Shown: piece after piece, positions 48,691 through 62,846 of the stretch
Position numbering within the stretch: the first letter of the stretch is position 1
How the letters are laid out: every line of letters starts with the position of its first letter
From: Selaginella moellendorffii
Lineage: Eukaryota; Plantae; Lycopodiophyta
Assembly (NCBI RefSeq): GCF_000143415.4
Contig: NW_003314419.1
Location: 1-64,000 of the forward strand
Reading direction: 5' to 3'
DNA: 64,000 bases
Translations under genes and position numbers: made by a program
The notes under the pieces: generated by a model
Database searches by the model: none
What the model was told of the DNA's origin: nothing
The model's input: the letters and a program-made list of their open reading frames with translations, nothing else

Positions 48691-50071
48691 CAATGATATA
48701 GTAACATTAATTTTGTCAACTCAAAGTGTAGCTTAAATTGCTAATATTCCTCACTCACGAAGCCAAGTGTAAACTCGTGCAAATGAAACATCTCAATCCA
48801 TTTTATAGGCCCAAGTGCAAGCTCATGCAATATGATATAAAAAGGTAACCAAAATCTATACCCAAGGAATGAATGTGAAGTTATAGCACCCAAACTTATA
48901 CCCACTAAGATCATCATTTTTACCTTTGCATATGCAACAAGATTAGTTGCCCAATCTCATTTGATGGTATTCGCTAAGACTCATTCTTTGATACCAAATG
49001 TAGCACATATGGTTTTCACCCATTACTTTATAGTGGTTTGCTATAGGATAACCACGAAGCAAAACCTTAACCTTTAGATACGTAAGCCAAGGGCAGTGAA
49101 GTAGAACTTAAGTTCAGGGCCTTGCGCCACTAAATAGAAGTATGGAGCCAAACTCTTGAGCATATAGCCAAGAAGCATAGGAAACTAGAGTACAGAACAA
49201 CTCCCAAATATATAGTCCAAAAGGACAAGAGCATAGAGTGACTCCCAAGTGTACAGCCCAAGGAGTGAAGGGACAAAAGTACAGAGTGACATTGGAACAG
49301 TCCAAAAGTTTCCAACATCCTAATATCAAGACCAAAACACAAAATAGAGCCAAACAGAGTTTGACACTTGGGCTTGGACCCAAATCGGATAGAAAACAAG
49401 GATATGCATGCAAGCAAAGGCTAGATTATACCTCAAGTTGATCTACCTACTATCCCTATACATTTAGAACAACCCCCCCCCCTTTAGGGTTTAGGGTTAT
49501 GAAAACTTACATAATACTGAATGGCGCAAGATTGTGAATTTGGACATGGGAATAACACCATTGTGTTCAAGATAATTTCCACATTCCAGATATATGCCAA
49601 ATTAGCAAATTTAAACACTTTCCATAAATAGCTAATAGGACCATATGGAACCAACAAATAGGGAAATGATATCTTGGCAGACATGGTAAGCTATCACTAG
49701 CGAGTATTGAGGGACCAAGCTCAATATTGCAAGGGTTTCCAACATTAGCAAGTGCAAACTAACTTATAAATTACTTATACCAAGCCGAGTATGCTCAGCA
49801 AGAAACATATAGGAGTTTTTACTTTAGGTTTATCCAACATAAGTACATACATGATGACCAATTTCTCAATTAACTTAGGTGGAGATTAAGGGTTTAGCAC
49901 TGACTTCCTACTGTTGTGGTAGTAAGGAAAGAATATCTGAAAGGATTCACCGATAGATAACTTTCAATACCCCTGACAAAATGTGTCAAATATATATTTA
50001 AACACATATACAAGGGACACAATTATCTACCTTTGCAAAAATGAGAACTCAACACTAGATTGGGATGAAAT

Positions 50072-51184
50072 TGTAGTGCACGTGGTTTTTATCCTTTATC
50101 CTATAGTGATTTACCATAGGATAACACCACAAAGCAGAACCTAAACCCTCTATGTGCCACGTGTCACATGCCATGTGTCCATAGGACAGTGGTGTGGAAC
50201 CTGAGGTTCAGGGCCTTGAGCCACTGAATGAAGGAATGGTGCCAAACTCCCAAGCATGGAGCCAAAGAGTGATGGAACTGGACCACGGAGCAGCTCTTGA
50301 GCATATAGCCCAAGGAACAAGGGACAAGAGCATGAAGCAACTTGGAACAGTCCTAGAGTGTCCAACATCCCAATGCTAAGACCAACACGCAAAACAGAGC
50401 CAAATAGAGTTTGGCATTATTTTAGTATACCGGTGGCCTAACGCGATTAGCTAGCATGGTGTGGAGCTTGGGCTTAGACCCAAGTCAGACGCAAAACAAG
50501 GACAGGCACGCAAGCGGGAGGTAGATTATGCCTCAAGTTAGTTAGGCATACCCGACCTACCCACTATCCCTACTATACATTTGGAACCCCCCACAGTGCC
50601 CCCCCCCCCCCCCCCTGAGGAACACACACTTTAGGCTTTCACCCCAAACCTCCCTTAGTATCAGGAGTTAGTCTCTAGGACAAGCTCAAAACTTACTAAA
50701 TATGGAATGTCATTAGATTGCGAATTTGGATGCAGGATGAACACTATTGTGTTCAGGACAATCTCTACATTCCATAGATATGCCAAATGAGAAAATTTAG
50801 ACACTTTCCATAAATAGCATTTAGGATCGGAATGAGACTAACACAAAGGGCATGATAGCGAGGGTGTTTGGCAGACATGGTAAGCTATCATCCAGCAATA
50901 TTAAGGGACTAGTCTCAATATGCAAGGGTTTTTGTCAAGCTAGTGCAAGACAGAGCAAAAGAGAACTAACAAGCCGGGCTAAGTATGCTCAGCTAAATAG
51001 ACACTTAGGAGTTCCTTCCTTATGCTCATCCCGCCAAATATAGATGCAAAGTCCAATTTATTAACACTTGAACAAGAGGGACTGATAAAGGGTCCGACCT
51101 CCTGTCATTGTGGTAGTAAGGAAAGAGTCTTTGTAAAGACTAGCCAACAGGTAACTTTCGATACCCGAAGTCACATTTGCAACA
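50072..51184 (-). mobile_element. Solo LTR of the LARD-like family
   Basis: Inverted homolog of 38556-39704, TG...CA, flanked by TSD GAAAT (50067-71 and 51185-89). Confidence 0.92.
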
Positions 51185-51766
51185 GAAATAGAGGCATTTA
51201 AAAACTACTGCTACATTGCCACATCACCTGGAAAACCTTCATGAAAAAGTATTTATTTCAATAAGAGTGAGGAACAGATTGCATTACAATAGAAATTGAT
51301 AGAATGGTTTGAACTAAACAAGATCAATAAATTTTCAAGGACACCCTTGTACCACAAGATTTTTGAGTGGTATACATGGAATTCAAGAAACAAAATGTGG
51401 ACACCACACCAACGTGCATTCAAGTTAGTCTCAGTCTCAGTCTTGGTCTCGAACTCCATTTTGGACTCAGTATCAGCCTTGATCTCAAACTCAATCTTGG
51501 ACTCGGTCTCAAACTTAGTCTTAACACCTCCATGTATCACGATTTACCATGTGTCATTCCTTCTTTTGTCCCTTTCTAGAGATTTGTTTATCAATCGCTT
51601 TGTGTTTGTTCCTTAAGCACTTCTTTGGGAGTTCCTTCATGGCTCTCAACTTTCTGAGTTAGAGCTTTCGGTCCAGACATATTACACTTGCAAGATTTCA
51701 GCTTTAGCCACTACCATATGGCACATCTTTGGCTCCATTTTGGGACTTAAACATTTGTGTTTTATA

Positions 51767-51842
51767 ATGTTGGACTACCCTTCAGAATTCTTAAACTTAG
51801 TAACACCATCTGGAATGCCTTTGCACAAGCTACACATAAAAT
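51767..51842 (+). pseudogene. Short Helitron helicase fragment
   Basis: MLDYPSEFLNLVTPSGMPLHKLHIK matches MLDYPVEFLNSVTPSGMPPHKLQIK at ~54012-53937. Confidence 0.75.
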
Positions 51843-53496
51843 CACAGTTACAAATAAAATATTCATGGATGTGTTTGCTACTTGCCAGACTTTGACTATC
51901 CCTGAAGTTTCTAAGAATCTAGCAGGTTGGTTGAAGCATTTTTATGTCAAACTCGATGCATTTTTTTAAGGTAAAAGTCACAGACAGGACTATATACATC
52001 ATAGATGAACTGTTTTGGCAAAATACAATAGTATCCAATCCTCCAACCTCACCTACTAATCATGAGTTGCAGCCAGGTGTTAATCTTGACTATGCAAAAG
52101 TAATGATTGACTTCACCTGGAATAATAGAAATCTTAGAACATACCTTCTATTGTCTGCCATGATTAGGAAGATTCAAATAATAAGAAAAGAAGTAAATAA
52201 CCAATTGATTTGATTTTAATTGAGCAGGTTGAGGGAGTTCTGAAAGGGAAGTGCGGTTCATAGATATGGAGTGTCAGACGTTCCCCCTGGTATTGAGGAC
52301 AACTGAGACATGTCCAGCTCCCTTTGTAGGACATGACAATCCTATGCAATGGTTAAAAGTTTCTAGCCATGGATGTTGGTAGCAAAATGACTGACTTGGT
52401 GGTGCATGGGTGAATCCTGTCCTTGAGCTGCAGCTGCAGGATGTCAGTTTTTCTTGATGAAACCTATCTGGTACACACATAATCAAATCCAAACATACAA
52501 ACACGATAAGAATACCTGTAAGTCGACAACAACTGCTTGAAGCTTGTCAGCATTCAAGGTTATCATAAGTTCTGGCATAATAACCTGTCTAGATAGCAGA
52601 GCATTGTATCATATCTCCAACACGTTATTTTTCCAGATCCTGCCGCATTTCAGTCACTCCTTGCCTCGGGATCTGTTTAGGTCAATGTTTATCAGTGAAT
52701 AGTGTTATAAAATACACAAGCAGTACCTTTGTACAGACTTGCAGTCATGGACACTGCGAGATAAAGCGTTGCAGTGTATTCCACCTGCTCTCTTTTGGAG
52801 AGACGCTTTGTGGCTGCTGCTGTTAGTTACAAACACAAACTACTCACTTGTAAAAGCTGCATGGAATTGGAAGCGATCCATGCTTGTTTAAAGGAGCGTT
52901 CTAGAGCAAGTAAACATCAAGAAAGAAAGCAAGAATGCCGCAAATAGATTGTCTTTGTTTGCGAAGCTGGCCTTTCAATCCTATCTACATGACCTCATGC
53001 AAGAATCTTTGCAGGAATGCAAGCCAGAATCCACATGATGCTTTTTATTGCTGTGAAGCTTTTTTGTGGCAAAAATAGAGCTACAAAACCAAAGAGAGAA
53101 GTCATCTTGTAAGTCATGGTGACTAACGCCTTTGCTGTGAGAATAATCTACGGTGAAGTTTGAGTGCCCGGATACATGGGTTCCTGACTAAAAACCTCAG
53201 TTGCCACTGCAATCTCAATCTGGTGTAACAGCATAGCATGCAAGCCATAGCCACCATTTATTTTGCATCATATGTCTGGAAAATGAAAAACTCTGTCCAT
53301 CATGCACATGAACACACACACACACACACAGAGTACACGTGGAGCTGCTCACGCTAGAGACTCCTGATTTGAAGCTTTCAAATATTAACCATCCGATTGA
53401 AAGCATATTCATAAATAATATTTTTAAAAAAGAACTAGCAGGGATTCCAGCTCCGCTGGGATAGATAGGACATCTGTTACATAGGTGACATGAATC

Positions 53497-56470
53497 CTAG
53501 AGAATTTCTTTGTAAACAATGTTTTTCATATAGACATTATGGTTCTGGAGCACACCTTGTCCTTCACACTGTTCAATAGACATTGTAATTTGTTTCTTTG
53601 ATGTTCCCCTTGAAAGTGCAACATAAAGTTGATCATGGCCAAAAACAAGTCTTGGCAAGTAGATACCCACATTCTGTAATGTTTTTCCCTAAGATTTGCA
53701 AATTGTTATGGAGAACGCAAGCCTTATTGGGAATTGCCGTCATTTGAGGATAAATGGCATGTGTCCATCAGTTGGTTTTAAAGAGATTCTTGGTAGGAGG
53801 ACTTTTTTTCCTTGCATACCATTATGTAGAATTTCAGCTTCTATAACATTTGGTAGTGTGGTTATAATTAGTTTAGTGCCATTACAGAGGCCTTTTTTAG
53901 TGTCAATGTTGTGTAACAACATTACAATACATCCGATTTTTATCTGTAGCTTGTGTGGAGGCATTCCAGATGGTGTTACTGAGTTTAAGAATTCTACAGG
54001 ATAGTCCAACATTTCTTCTTCCGAATCTGTTTCTACAATGTCAATGCTTCTGTATGTTATTGTTCCGCCGGTCATTCTCGAAAGAACTTGGTCGTTCATT
54101 TGTAGAGAGAGATCATTTAAAGTCGTGAGAATAGCTTTCTGCATTAGGTTTGGGTCATTTGGTTGTATATGCTTTCCAAACACATTATCTATCATTTGTT
54201 CTCTGGATGTCAATGTTAGAGGTAATTTTATAACATCTTGGTTGAATCCTTGGAGGCTAGGTAGGTTACTATTTCTGAGCTTCACAAGGCATCTAGACCA
54301 TTCCTTTTCTTCAGAGTTCACCCTCATGTTTGTATGTAATGAAAACTTTACAAGTTTCCACCATATTGGTGAGGATTTCACGCTGTTTTGGATAATTTGT
54401 GTGCAACAGGCTCTTTTTAGAACAGATAATGTCTGTCTGAAATCTCCTCCTGTTACTAATGTGATGCCACCAAATTCTGTATCACAGTTTTTTATGTCAC
54501 GCAAGACCCTCTCGACAGCTTTAAAAGCGTGAACAGGTACCATGCTTATTTCATCCCATATGAGCAGGTCAGCTCTTCTTATGACCTCGGCAGGTGCTAA
54601 ATTCTCTCGTAGGTCCGAGGTGCATGTTTCTGTGATTAGTACTGGAAGCTTAAATGTTGAATGAGCCGTTCGGCCTCCTACAAGAAGAGTACTCGCTATT
54701 CCTGTCCACGTGACTGCTAAGACTTTCATGCCATAAGCAGTGACATATTTTATCAGCGTGTTAAAAAGGTATGATTTCCCTGTGCCTCCCACACCATCAA
54801 CAAAGAATAATCTGCTTGTTTCTTTTTTGTTTTGTATTGCATTTAAGACGTTGTTAAATATGTGAAGCTGTTCCATGTTCAATCTGGTTTTTAGTAATTC
54901 AACTTCGTCAGGTGTGCATGGCATACAGCTTATTTCAGTTGTGGTTTCGTTATCTCCTATAAACTCTGAATCTGGTAACTCGTAGTCGGACAGTTTCTTG
55001 TGATGTTCCTGGAGTAATATTGACATTTCATGCAATCCATGTTGCATTGCTGCTTCATAGTTGTGATTTTGGACCAAGTCTTCACACATGCCTTCCTTGA
55101 ATTTATCCCATAGTTTTTTGGGATCAATGAGCTCACAAAAATAACACATGACACTGAATAGATACCTTACTTTTGCAGGCATCTGAAATGTCAATGACTC
55201 TTCTAAACATTTCTCCCACTCACAATCATCCTGTAGAAGTCCCATTTCTTGTGCAGTAAAACGGTATGTGTCATATGCAACNNNNNNNNNNNNNNNNNNN
55301 NNNNNNNNNNNNNNNNNNNNNNNNNNNNNNNNNNNNNNNNNNNNNNNNNNNNNNNNNNNNNNNNNNNNNNNNNNNNNNNNNNNNNNNNNNNNNNNNNNNN
55401 NNNNNNNNNNNNNNNNNNNNNNNNNNNNNNNNNNNNNNNNNNNNNNNNNNNNNNNNNNNNNNNNNNNNNNNNNNNNNNNNNNNNNNNNNNNNNNNNNNNN
55501 NNNNNNNNNNNNNNNNNNNNNNNNNNNNNNNNNNNNNNNNNNNNNNNNNNNNNNNNNNNNNNNNNNNNNNNNNNNNNNNNNNNNNNNNNNNNNNNNNNNN
55601 NNNNNNNNNNNNNNNNNNNNNNNNNNNNNNNNNNNNNNNNNNNNNNNNNNNNNNNNNNNNNNNNNNNNNNNNNNNNNNNNNNNNNNNNNNNNNNNNNNNN
55701 NNNNNNNNNNNNNNNNNNNNNNNNNNNNNNNNNNNNNNNNNNNNNNNNNNNNNNNNNNNNNNNNNNNNNNNNNNNNNNNNNNNNNNNNNNNNNNNNNNNN
55801 NNNNNNNNNNNNNNNNNNNNNNNNNNNNNNNNNNNNNNNNNNNNNNNNNNNNNNNNNNNNNNNNNNNNNNNNNNNNNNNNNNNNNNNNNNNNNNNNNNNN
55901 NNNNNNNNNNNNNNNNNNNNNNNNNNNNNNNNNNNNNNNNNNNTAGTGTGACTTACATTCACCATCCTTCGTGCATGGGCTGTTTGGAAATTCAGGCCCA
56001 CAAGGGCCATGTATCATGTGCTTTTTAACCAATTCATATAATTCTGGGTCTAGTCTGGCATCTGGTATTTCGGCAGTAACTATATTGTCTATGTCGTCGA
56101 TAGTTCTGATTTTATTATCTTTACCAAGGATCACAAAATATGACAGTGTGGCAGTCCTCTTTTCTGGAATTCAATCACATAGACATAAGCATTGACCTGG
56201 CCAAATATTTCTTGTTTGTAAATGTCATCTATGAGTTCTTGTTTCTTGATATGGAATACACGTGCAATCAAGTCAGGTCTGTCTGCAGTTGTTTGTCCAG
56301 GTAGAAGGTTTTTAGTGGTCTCTTTCCATTTAGGATTGTAGGTGAATGTTATGAACAAATCAGGTTTTCCCTTACAAGGCTCATGGCATCCTGGTAGTTC
56401 TGATTCATCTGTCGTGGGCCTCCAGTGAATGAGGATGGAAGTATTATTAGTTTTCCAGCACGTACCCCTT
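53497..56470 (-). pseudogene. Helitron Rep (HUH) and PIF1-family helicase
   Basis: FITFT.NPKW, VIEFQKRGLPHCHIL, MIHGPCG; GVGGTGKS, IWDEISM, GGDFRQTL, GLCNGT, QLYVALSR, KNIVYKEIL*; stops, frameshifts, N-gap, 5'-truncated. Confidence 0.95.
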
Positions 56471-56902
56471 GCTGTTCGGCTCTGTTTTTCACGAAATCTG
56501 AGAGGCCACCGTATGCTTCAGCACATAGCTCACGTTGGTAACACTTTATTCAGTGCCCTTTTCCCATCAAGTCCATTCATCTTAAATCATTTTCCTTCGT
56601 TACATTCGGCAATAAGATATTATTCAGCAAGCCGGGTTGTGCTGCAGCACGGATTGCATGTGTTCTTTAGCCGTGATGTACTTGCAAAGCTCAAGAGATC
56701 ACTCATTATCAAAAAGTTATGAAGTCATGCTCTGCCCAAGTTCTCTCACCTTTAAATAACGGTTGAGCAGCATTGTGGACTATGATTAGATCCTTCTATG
56801 GGCTTTCGTTTGTTTGTGAAGCATTCATCTGTATGCAAACTCGGGATGCAAGGACCTGAAAGGTTGGATTTTCAATTAATTTCAGATGATGGAAAGCCAA
56901 GT

Positions 56903-57065
56903 TTACATTGCCAAGTTTACACTCCATTGATCGAAGGAGTTGATTCCCCAGATAAATCCCTGCACCACGACCCAGTGCTCATACAAAGCTAGAAGCTGGT
57001 CAACTGTAAATGGCTTTAGAGTTGGTAGCAACATGCTCAAGACTGGACGATTGCTGGTGAATTCT
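56903..57065 (-). pseudogene. Glucose-6-phosphate isomerase C-terminal fragment
   Basis: [10 protein letters not shown]...[25 protein letters not shown], the GPI C-terminal signature. Confidence 0.85.
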
Positions 57066-57869
57066 TGCAGACTTTCACCTAACATGCTAGATAACCGTAG
57101 AGCAGCAAGGAAAGAACATTCAAGAAGCCTTTCAAGATCCTACTCTTTATTTTGTAGGAAATTCAGCACTTGGCTCTCGAATTTGCAGCATGCCGGGACT
57201 GCATTGCAATGTGTTGGGATTTCTCCTATCCAAGATGTNNNNNNNNNNNNNNNNNNNNNNNNNNNNNNNNNNNNNNNNNNNNNNNNNNNNNNNNNNNNNN
57301 NNNNNNNNNNNNNNNNNNNNNNNNNNNNNNNNNNNNNNTCGGTAGACACTGCTTGATTCTTATTATAATGAGGCTTATAACATTAACTTTGGCCAATCTT
57401 GCTAAACAATAGACTATGGCCGATTTAGTAAAGGGATGATAAGTTGTAAAACTCAGTTCTCATGAGATTCTTACAACTTGCTTCTGAAAGTCTTCATGTT
57501 TTGCCTTTGTGCTTCGCAAATCTTCCTCAGCTTGCTTGAGCTGTATAAATAGGAACGACGTCTGTCATATGTAACGTTAAAAACAACAACCTTCAAGTGA
57601 TGTTCTTGTCAGGAATGGAAGGGGAAAAATCCTTGAGGATCAACGCATTAGTTTTGGCAGGGTTGGCAACCACCAAATTCCAAATGCTGATACGTTTTAT
57701 ATTTAGATGTTACCTTCAAGTCCTTGGCAGCACACTTTTCAAGAGCAGAAGCTTGAGACTTATAGATGGAGATAGGCTATGCCATCAGGACTTTCAAGGA
57801 GGAGCTGCCTGTTCTGTTCCACAGAGGTCTGAGCTAAGTCAGGTGTACCTCTCAGCTCCCACACTGCTG

Positions 57870-58273
57870 CGAGGTGATCAAGGTGATGGACAAGCTGACT
57901 AAAAAGTTCACCAAGATGGTGGACAAAACAGGAGCGCTTTACATTGGAACACTCCAGGAACCAATGGCATCTGATGGTGAGACCGAGCAGCTGTTCCAGA
58001 AGATTGAGAATCCCCGGTTAACTGGAGGAGATCCGCATGGCTCTGAGCTCGAACCCAATGTATCTGGTGATGGCAGTGCCAGATGCGAAGATTGCGAGTA
58101 GCATGTGCAACTCCAGCGAGGTTCTCATCACTGTTAACTTCCAGAAAGCTTGCAAGGACAGGAGCATCAAGTTCTACACGTCAGAGAATGGCTTGATCTT
58201 CAGCAGTGGCTCCATACCGGTCAAGTACTTCAAGCAGGTGGTGGAACTGCCAAGCAACAAACTACTGCTCTAG
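57870..58273 (+). pseudogene. tRNA 2'-phosphotransferase (Tpt1/KptA)-like divergent fragment
   Basis: SEVLITVNFQKA..IKFYTSENGLIFSSGSIPVKYFKQV resembles the KptA C-terminus; frameshift near 58020; catalytic motifs not seen. Confidence 0.55.
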
Positions 58274-58810
58274 CTCCGGCCAAGGGGCCTCGGTTCTTAA
58301 GAGTAGTTAGATCTTTTCTCAAGTCTTGGAATGAATCTATAAGAAAGTTTTCTAGATATTTAATTTAATCAATCAGTCCTCGTTTGGCTTCCAAAAAAAC
58401 GAAACATAAGAGAAAACACGTCCTCATACCATAAGCTACTCTTCCACTGCGATCGTTCCCTTCTTGCTCAAGTAGATACCATCCAAGTCTTTATTCTTCA
58501 CATGGCATTTCTGGCAGCAAAAAAAGAAGAAACATCACCACAAGATAGATCTGAAAAACTCATCTCATACCTGGTTGATGAGAGCAGCAAACCTCATGGC
58601 ATGCAACCGTGGTGAAATGCTGAATTACATAAGCACTCCTGGAAAAATGCTTCAAAAAAACAGGTTTACCATCGAAAAAACTGGTTTACCCTAAAAAAAT
58701 AAAAACGTTCCACTCTCAACTGTTTTTCCCACGTGTCTTCATCTCCACCATTAAGCTCGAAAAGAATCTCGATTGAATATGTCACCCTTGCTCTTTTAAA
58801 TATAGAAGGA

Positions 58811-58836
58811 CTAGCAGAGACCCCAGCTCCGTTGGA
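58811..58836 (-). mobile_element. Helitron 3' terminus
   Basis: Minus strand CCAAC-GGA-GCTGGG...CTAG|TC, with the AT-rich family body upstream (58840 onward). Confidence 0.75.
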
Positions 58837-61800
58837 AGATATAGTAAGATATACCTAAGATAAATACATCAATGTTAGAAATTTTGATTGTATACAAAGT
58901 TAAATTTATCTTAATTTTGCTATTCTTCACCTCTAAAGAAATGCACAATAATGCAAATAGATAAAAAATGCAAGTTTTGGAAAAGATAAGATCATTTTTT
59001 AATCATCATTAAATTTAAATTTGAATTTTTCTATTGCCTTTATAAAATGATACAAAACCCTAAACACGTCTACAAGATTGATGCCATGATCTAAAACCAA
59101 TTGAGTTTTCACAAAACCAAAGAATTATATACTGCCAAAAAAATAGGTTTGGGGAAACTATTTTCTTGATTACATTCTGAGCTTTATTTTTTTTATATCT
59201 GAACTATAATGCTGCCTTTAACTTTCATAGTCTAATAAAAAACAAGAGAATTTCTATTATGTGTCTCGATTTATATTTACAAATAAACATAAGTAAATCT
59301 ATCTAGATACTCACACTACATAAGAGGTGTTTGAAAAGAGGTACATCCAAAGATAATAATTATATTAGAGATACAATTGTATTAAAACAAATCTCTACTA
59401 ATGCTTTATAATAAAACTATACATTCCAATTTATAAAAACATTACTATTCAATGATTCAACACTACTTATTATTCAGCAATTATATAAAGGAGAACATGA
59501 TAACAGATTAACATATTATATAAAAATATTAATGTTTTAAATATAAACATGTAGATAATATTAATATTTACATATTAAAAAATTTATTTTTTGTATAGGA
59601 TCCATTATCTAATGTCATATTAAATATTTTTAATTTTTATATTTTATTTTATATTTTCAATTTAGAAAAAAATATTAGACTATTAAGCTTATCTTTGTGA
59701 GTAAAATGTTACTATTGCACATTATTCGCTATACATCTTTTTTTTCTTCTATTAAATATTATATTATTGATACTCAAATTTAAAATAAAATAAAATAAAA
59801 TCTATAAAATTAGATCTCATATTGCTATATAAACAAAAAAAGGAATGATATTTTATTATATTTTTAAAATTATTAAAACATATTATTGAAACATATCTTA
59901 AATATAGCAACTGTTTTAAAAAATAAATTATAGAGATAATAGCTATAACATGTTATATACATATTATATTAACATGTAATATACAAATTAATATAAATGT
60001 TGTAGAAATCTAGAAATCTAAAAATCAATTGTAGAAAATTAATTGTACTTATAAATATCCTAAAAAACTAATAACATTTTTAAAAGTTCCTTAAGTATGT
60101 GCATGGTTTGGATATTTATATTATCAACCATCTCTCTGAATAACATAAAATAAATCAGTTTAAAATATAATTATTAATTTATATTTCAAAACATAGCACT
60201 CATTTATTTTAGTTTTTACTTTAAATACTACACTAATTTTCTTTTAACTAAGAATATTTAATCTCTAATGTTTAATTTATTATAATATTTAAATTTTCTA
60301 TTCAGTATTTTTTATATGTATTTTTCATCTTGTAAAACTCATTATTATAAATAAAGTGTGAATACTTCATGGTTGCATTAACCAGCACATTACAATAAGT
60401 GTACAATATATTATACCTTACTTTTCTTGTTTAATATAAATATGTAGATAAATGAGTGAATTCACTAACTTTTAATGTTTATAAATAAATTTATTTAGAA
60501 CATAAAATTACTCATAAAATTTCTTCAAGCTGGAGTTTGTAGTGGAGCTGGAGTTTGTTAATTCTTGAAGTGTTATTACAATTATTTAGTAAATATGACC
60601 AATACATTAGTGACACTATTTAATATAATGAAATTTCTAGAAATTATTTTGATACACAATTGTATACTCATGTTGATTAGATGTCATTACTTTTAATTTT
60701 ACCTGGATATTTAATTTTGCTATTTCGTTTTTTCCTTTAACTCTTCATCTTTGAAGTGCCAAAAGTTTTTCTGAAAACCTTATTATTATAAATAAATCTT
60801 CCAGAGAGTAATTGCAAAAGGTATATTTTATATATATATAATGTTATCATTTTGTTTTATTATTATCATGGTATAATAAAATAGTGCTTATTATTGACAT
60901 TATTACCATTTTCTGAACACTATAATGGTGAATGATATAATGGATTTTCTTTGCTTACCAGAAGAAGTATCTGTATTGTCATAGAAGTGTTAAGATGTCA
61001 TTATGTGTGACAAAATTCCATTATTTATTACTGCTCTAATCCCAATTTCCAATGCATGCCATTAATATTACCACATTAGTAATAGAACTATTAAGTATCT
61101 ACATTATCAATAATTAAAAAGCTGTATTATTTGAATTTATCTGGATTATTGTGATATTTGTTAATATCATCATTTAAATTAATCATGGGAGGACCCTAGC
61201 ATAAATTCTAATTTTTTTTAAAACCTATCTGCTATTTGTAAGACATGTTGTTTCTCCTTTTTCTCAACCTATTTTTAATTTTTATCGTGCTCATTGAATA
61301 GCCCACCACTTGATAAGACTTAACACCCAAGGAACTTCATGTGCTTGGATGTACCAGCAAGGACTCCTTAGCTTATGGAACTGCAGAAGGTAGCTCAAGT
61401 TTTTCTTTCATATCCAAGAAGAAGCTAACAAAGCTTTTTCTTGTAGTTTCTTAAGTCTTCAAGAGTAGTGTTTTCTAAAAAAATAATGATATTTTTGAGA
61501 TATTCATAAGAATTGCATGTTTGGAATATCTACATCACCAAAGATTTCTCTAAGTAGCAGAAAACAAATTACTTTCCAATATAAATACTACTATGTTTTT
61601 CATAAGATTAGCAACCTTCCTTATTCTTTCTTGCTTCAAATGCCAAATCCATTATATGTTTTTTCTCTAAAATCCTTCTTTAGGCCAACTATCAACTTCT
61701 TATTTTTCTACTTACTACAAGGTCTCATCTTTTCTCATTTGCAATAATGTGTTAGCTTGGACTATTGAAATAGGAGATTGTGATCTTAGGATACCATTAT

Positions 61801-62846
61801 TTGCACGAATTTACGATGTTAGTTTTTGTAGCAGTGGATTGTAACACATTTGTTAAGGACCCTTTGATAATAAGATTGAAATGGTGACCTTTGTGGCCTC
61901 ACAAACTCATGTTTCTATGCTCCCTGCCACCACAAGCCATTCTAAGGAAGCTCCTGAATCTAGTGTCAGGTAATGCAACTGATGTTAGATCTCTTCCTCT
62001 TGCAAGGATATGTGTCTGTCTGGGTATTTGCAAAGGTGCTGAATCCAATTCTATTCTTCTTCAACATTTTGTCTTGGGTGATTCATTATTTGCTTTCATT
62101 GTTTGAGAGTGAAGTGGCAAGAGACTGACTTTTTTTATGAAATCTCTGCTTGTGTCATTCTGACTTTGTAAGCATTGTTTTGTAGTCAAGCAAAGCCACA
62201 AAGGCTACAACAGGCAGTACAATGTACTCCTATTTAACTATTTATTAGAACAAGAAAATATCATACTACACCTTACTATTTCTCATTCCCTAGACATTCC
62301 TCAGATGCTGCTCATAGAATTCCAGAAGCTGTAACTTGACTCCATAAAACATGAAAGAAGCAGTGAAAAAGTACCTTTCATAGGTTAAAGATTTTTTCTC
62401 GTTATTGAAAGATATCCAGAGGAGGTTAACACTTCAGAGCCTCACAAGCGCCTCATAGATTGCCCTTAAAGAGATGGTGTTCAGTTCTATGGTTCTTTAA
62501 GAATACCTACCAGTTTGTCTCTATCTTGAACATGTCGTCATTAGGTCCATTGGAGAAAAGGGTAACCATAAATGTAGAGTTTTTATAAATAGTGTTTCCT
62601 TCGAAATACAGAAGCGACAGAGATGAATTAGAACAGTGGAGGCTTGAGAATACATAGCGTATCATCTTGTATGAGGTACAATTCAGTAGAATACTTTTTT
62701 CTTTTTTAATTACAGAAGTTTTGAAACTCTTACAGAATAGTCTGGANNNNNNNNNNNNNNNNNNNNNNNNNNNNNNNNNNNNNNNNNNNNNNNNNNNNNN
62801 NNNNNNNNNNNNNNNNNNNNNNNNNNNNNNNNNNNNNNNNNNNNNN

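Larger units (their letters stand above)
45110..49978 (-). mobile_element. Older inverted, truncated copy of the same LARD-like family
   Basis: Degenerate LTR 48999-~49978; degenerate PBS ~48986-48996; internal pieces 48412-48985 and 45110-45557 match ~39720-40125 and ~40465-40910 inverted. Confidence 0.8.
53435..58810 (-). mobile_element. Helitron with decayed RepHel and captured gene fragments
   Basis: 3' end CCCAGC-GGA-GCTGGA...CTAG|T at 53460-53435, ~60 nt after the helicase stop; candidate 5' end TCCTTCTATATTTAAAAG at 58810. Confidence 0.75.

Noticed and set aside
55249-56028. Long plus-strand ORFs
   Set aside because: Made almost entirely of the N gap; the same applies to ORFs over the gaps at 1368, 57239 and 62747
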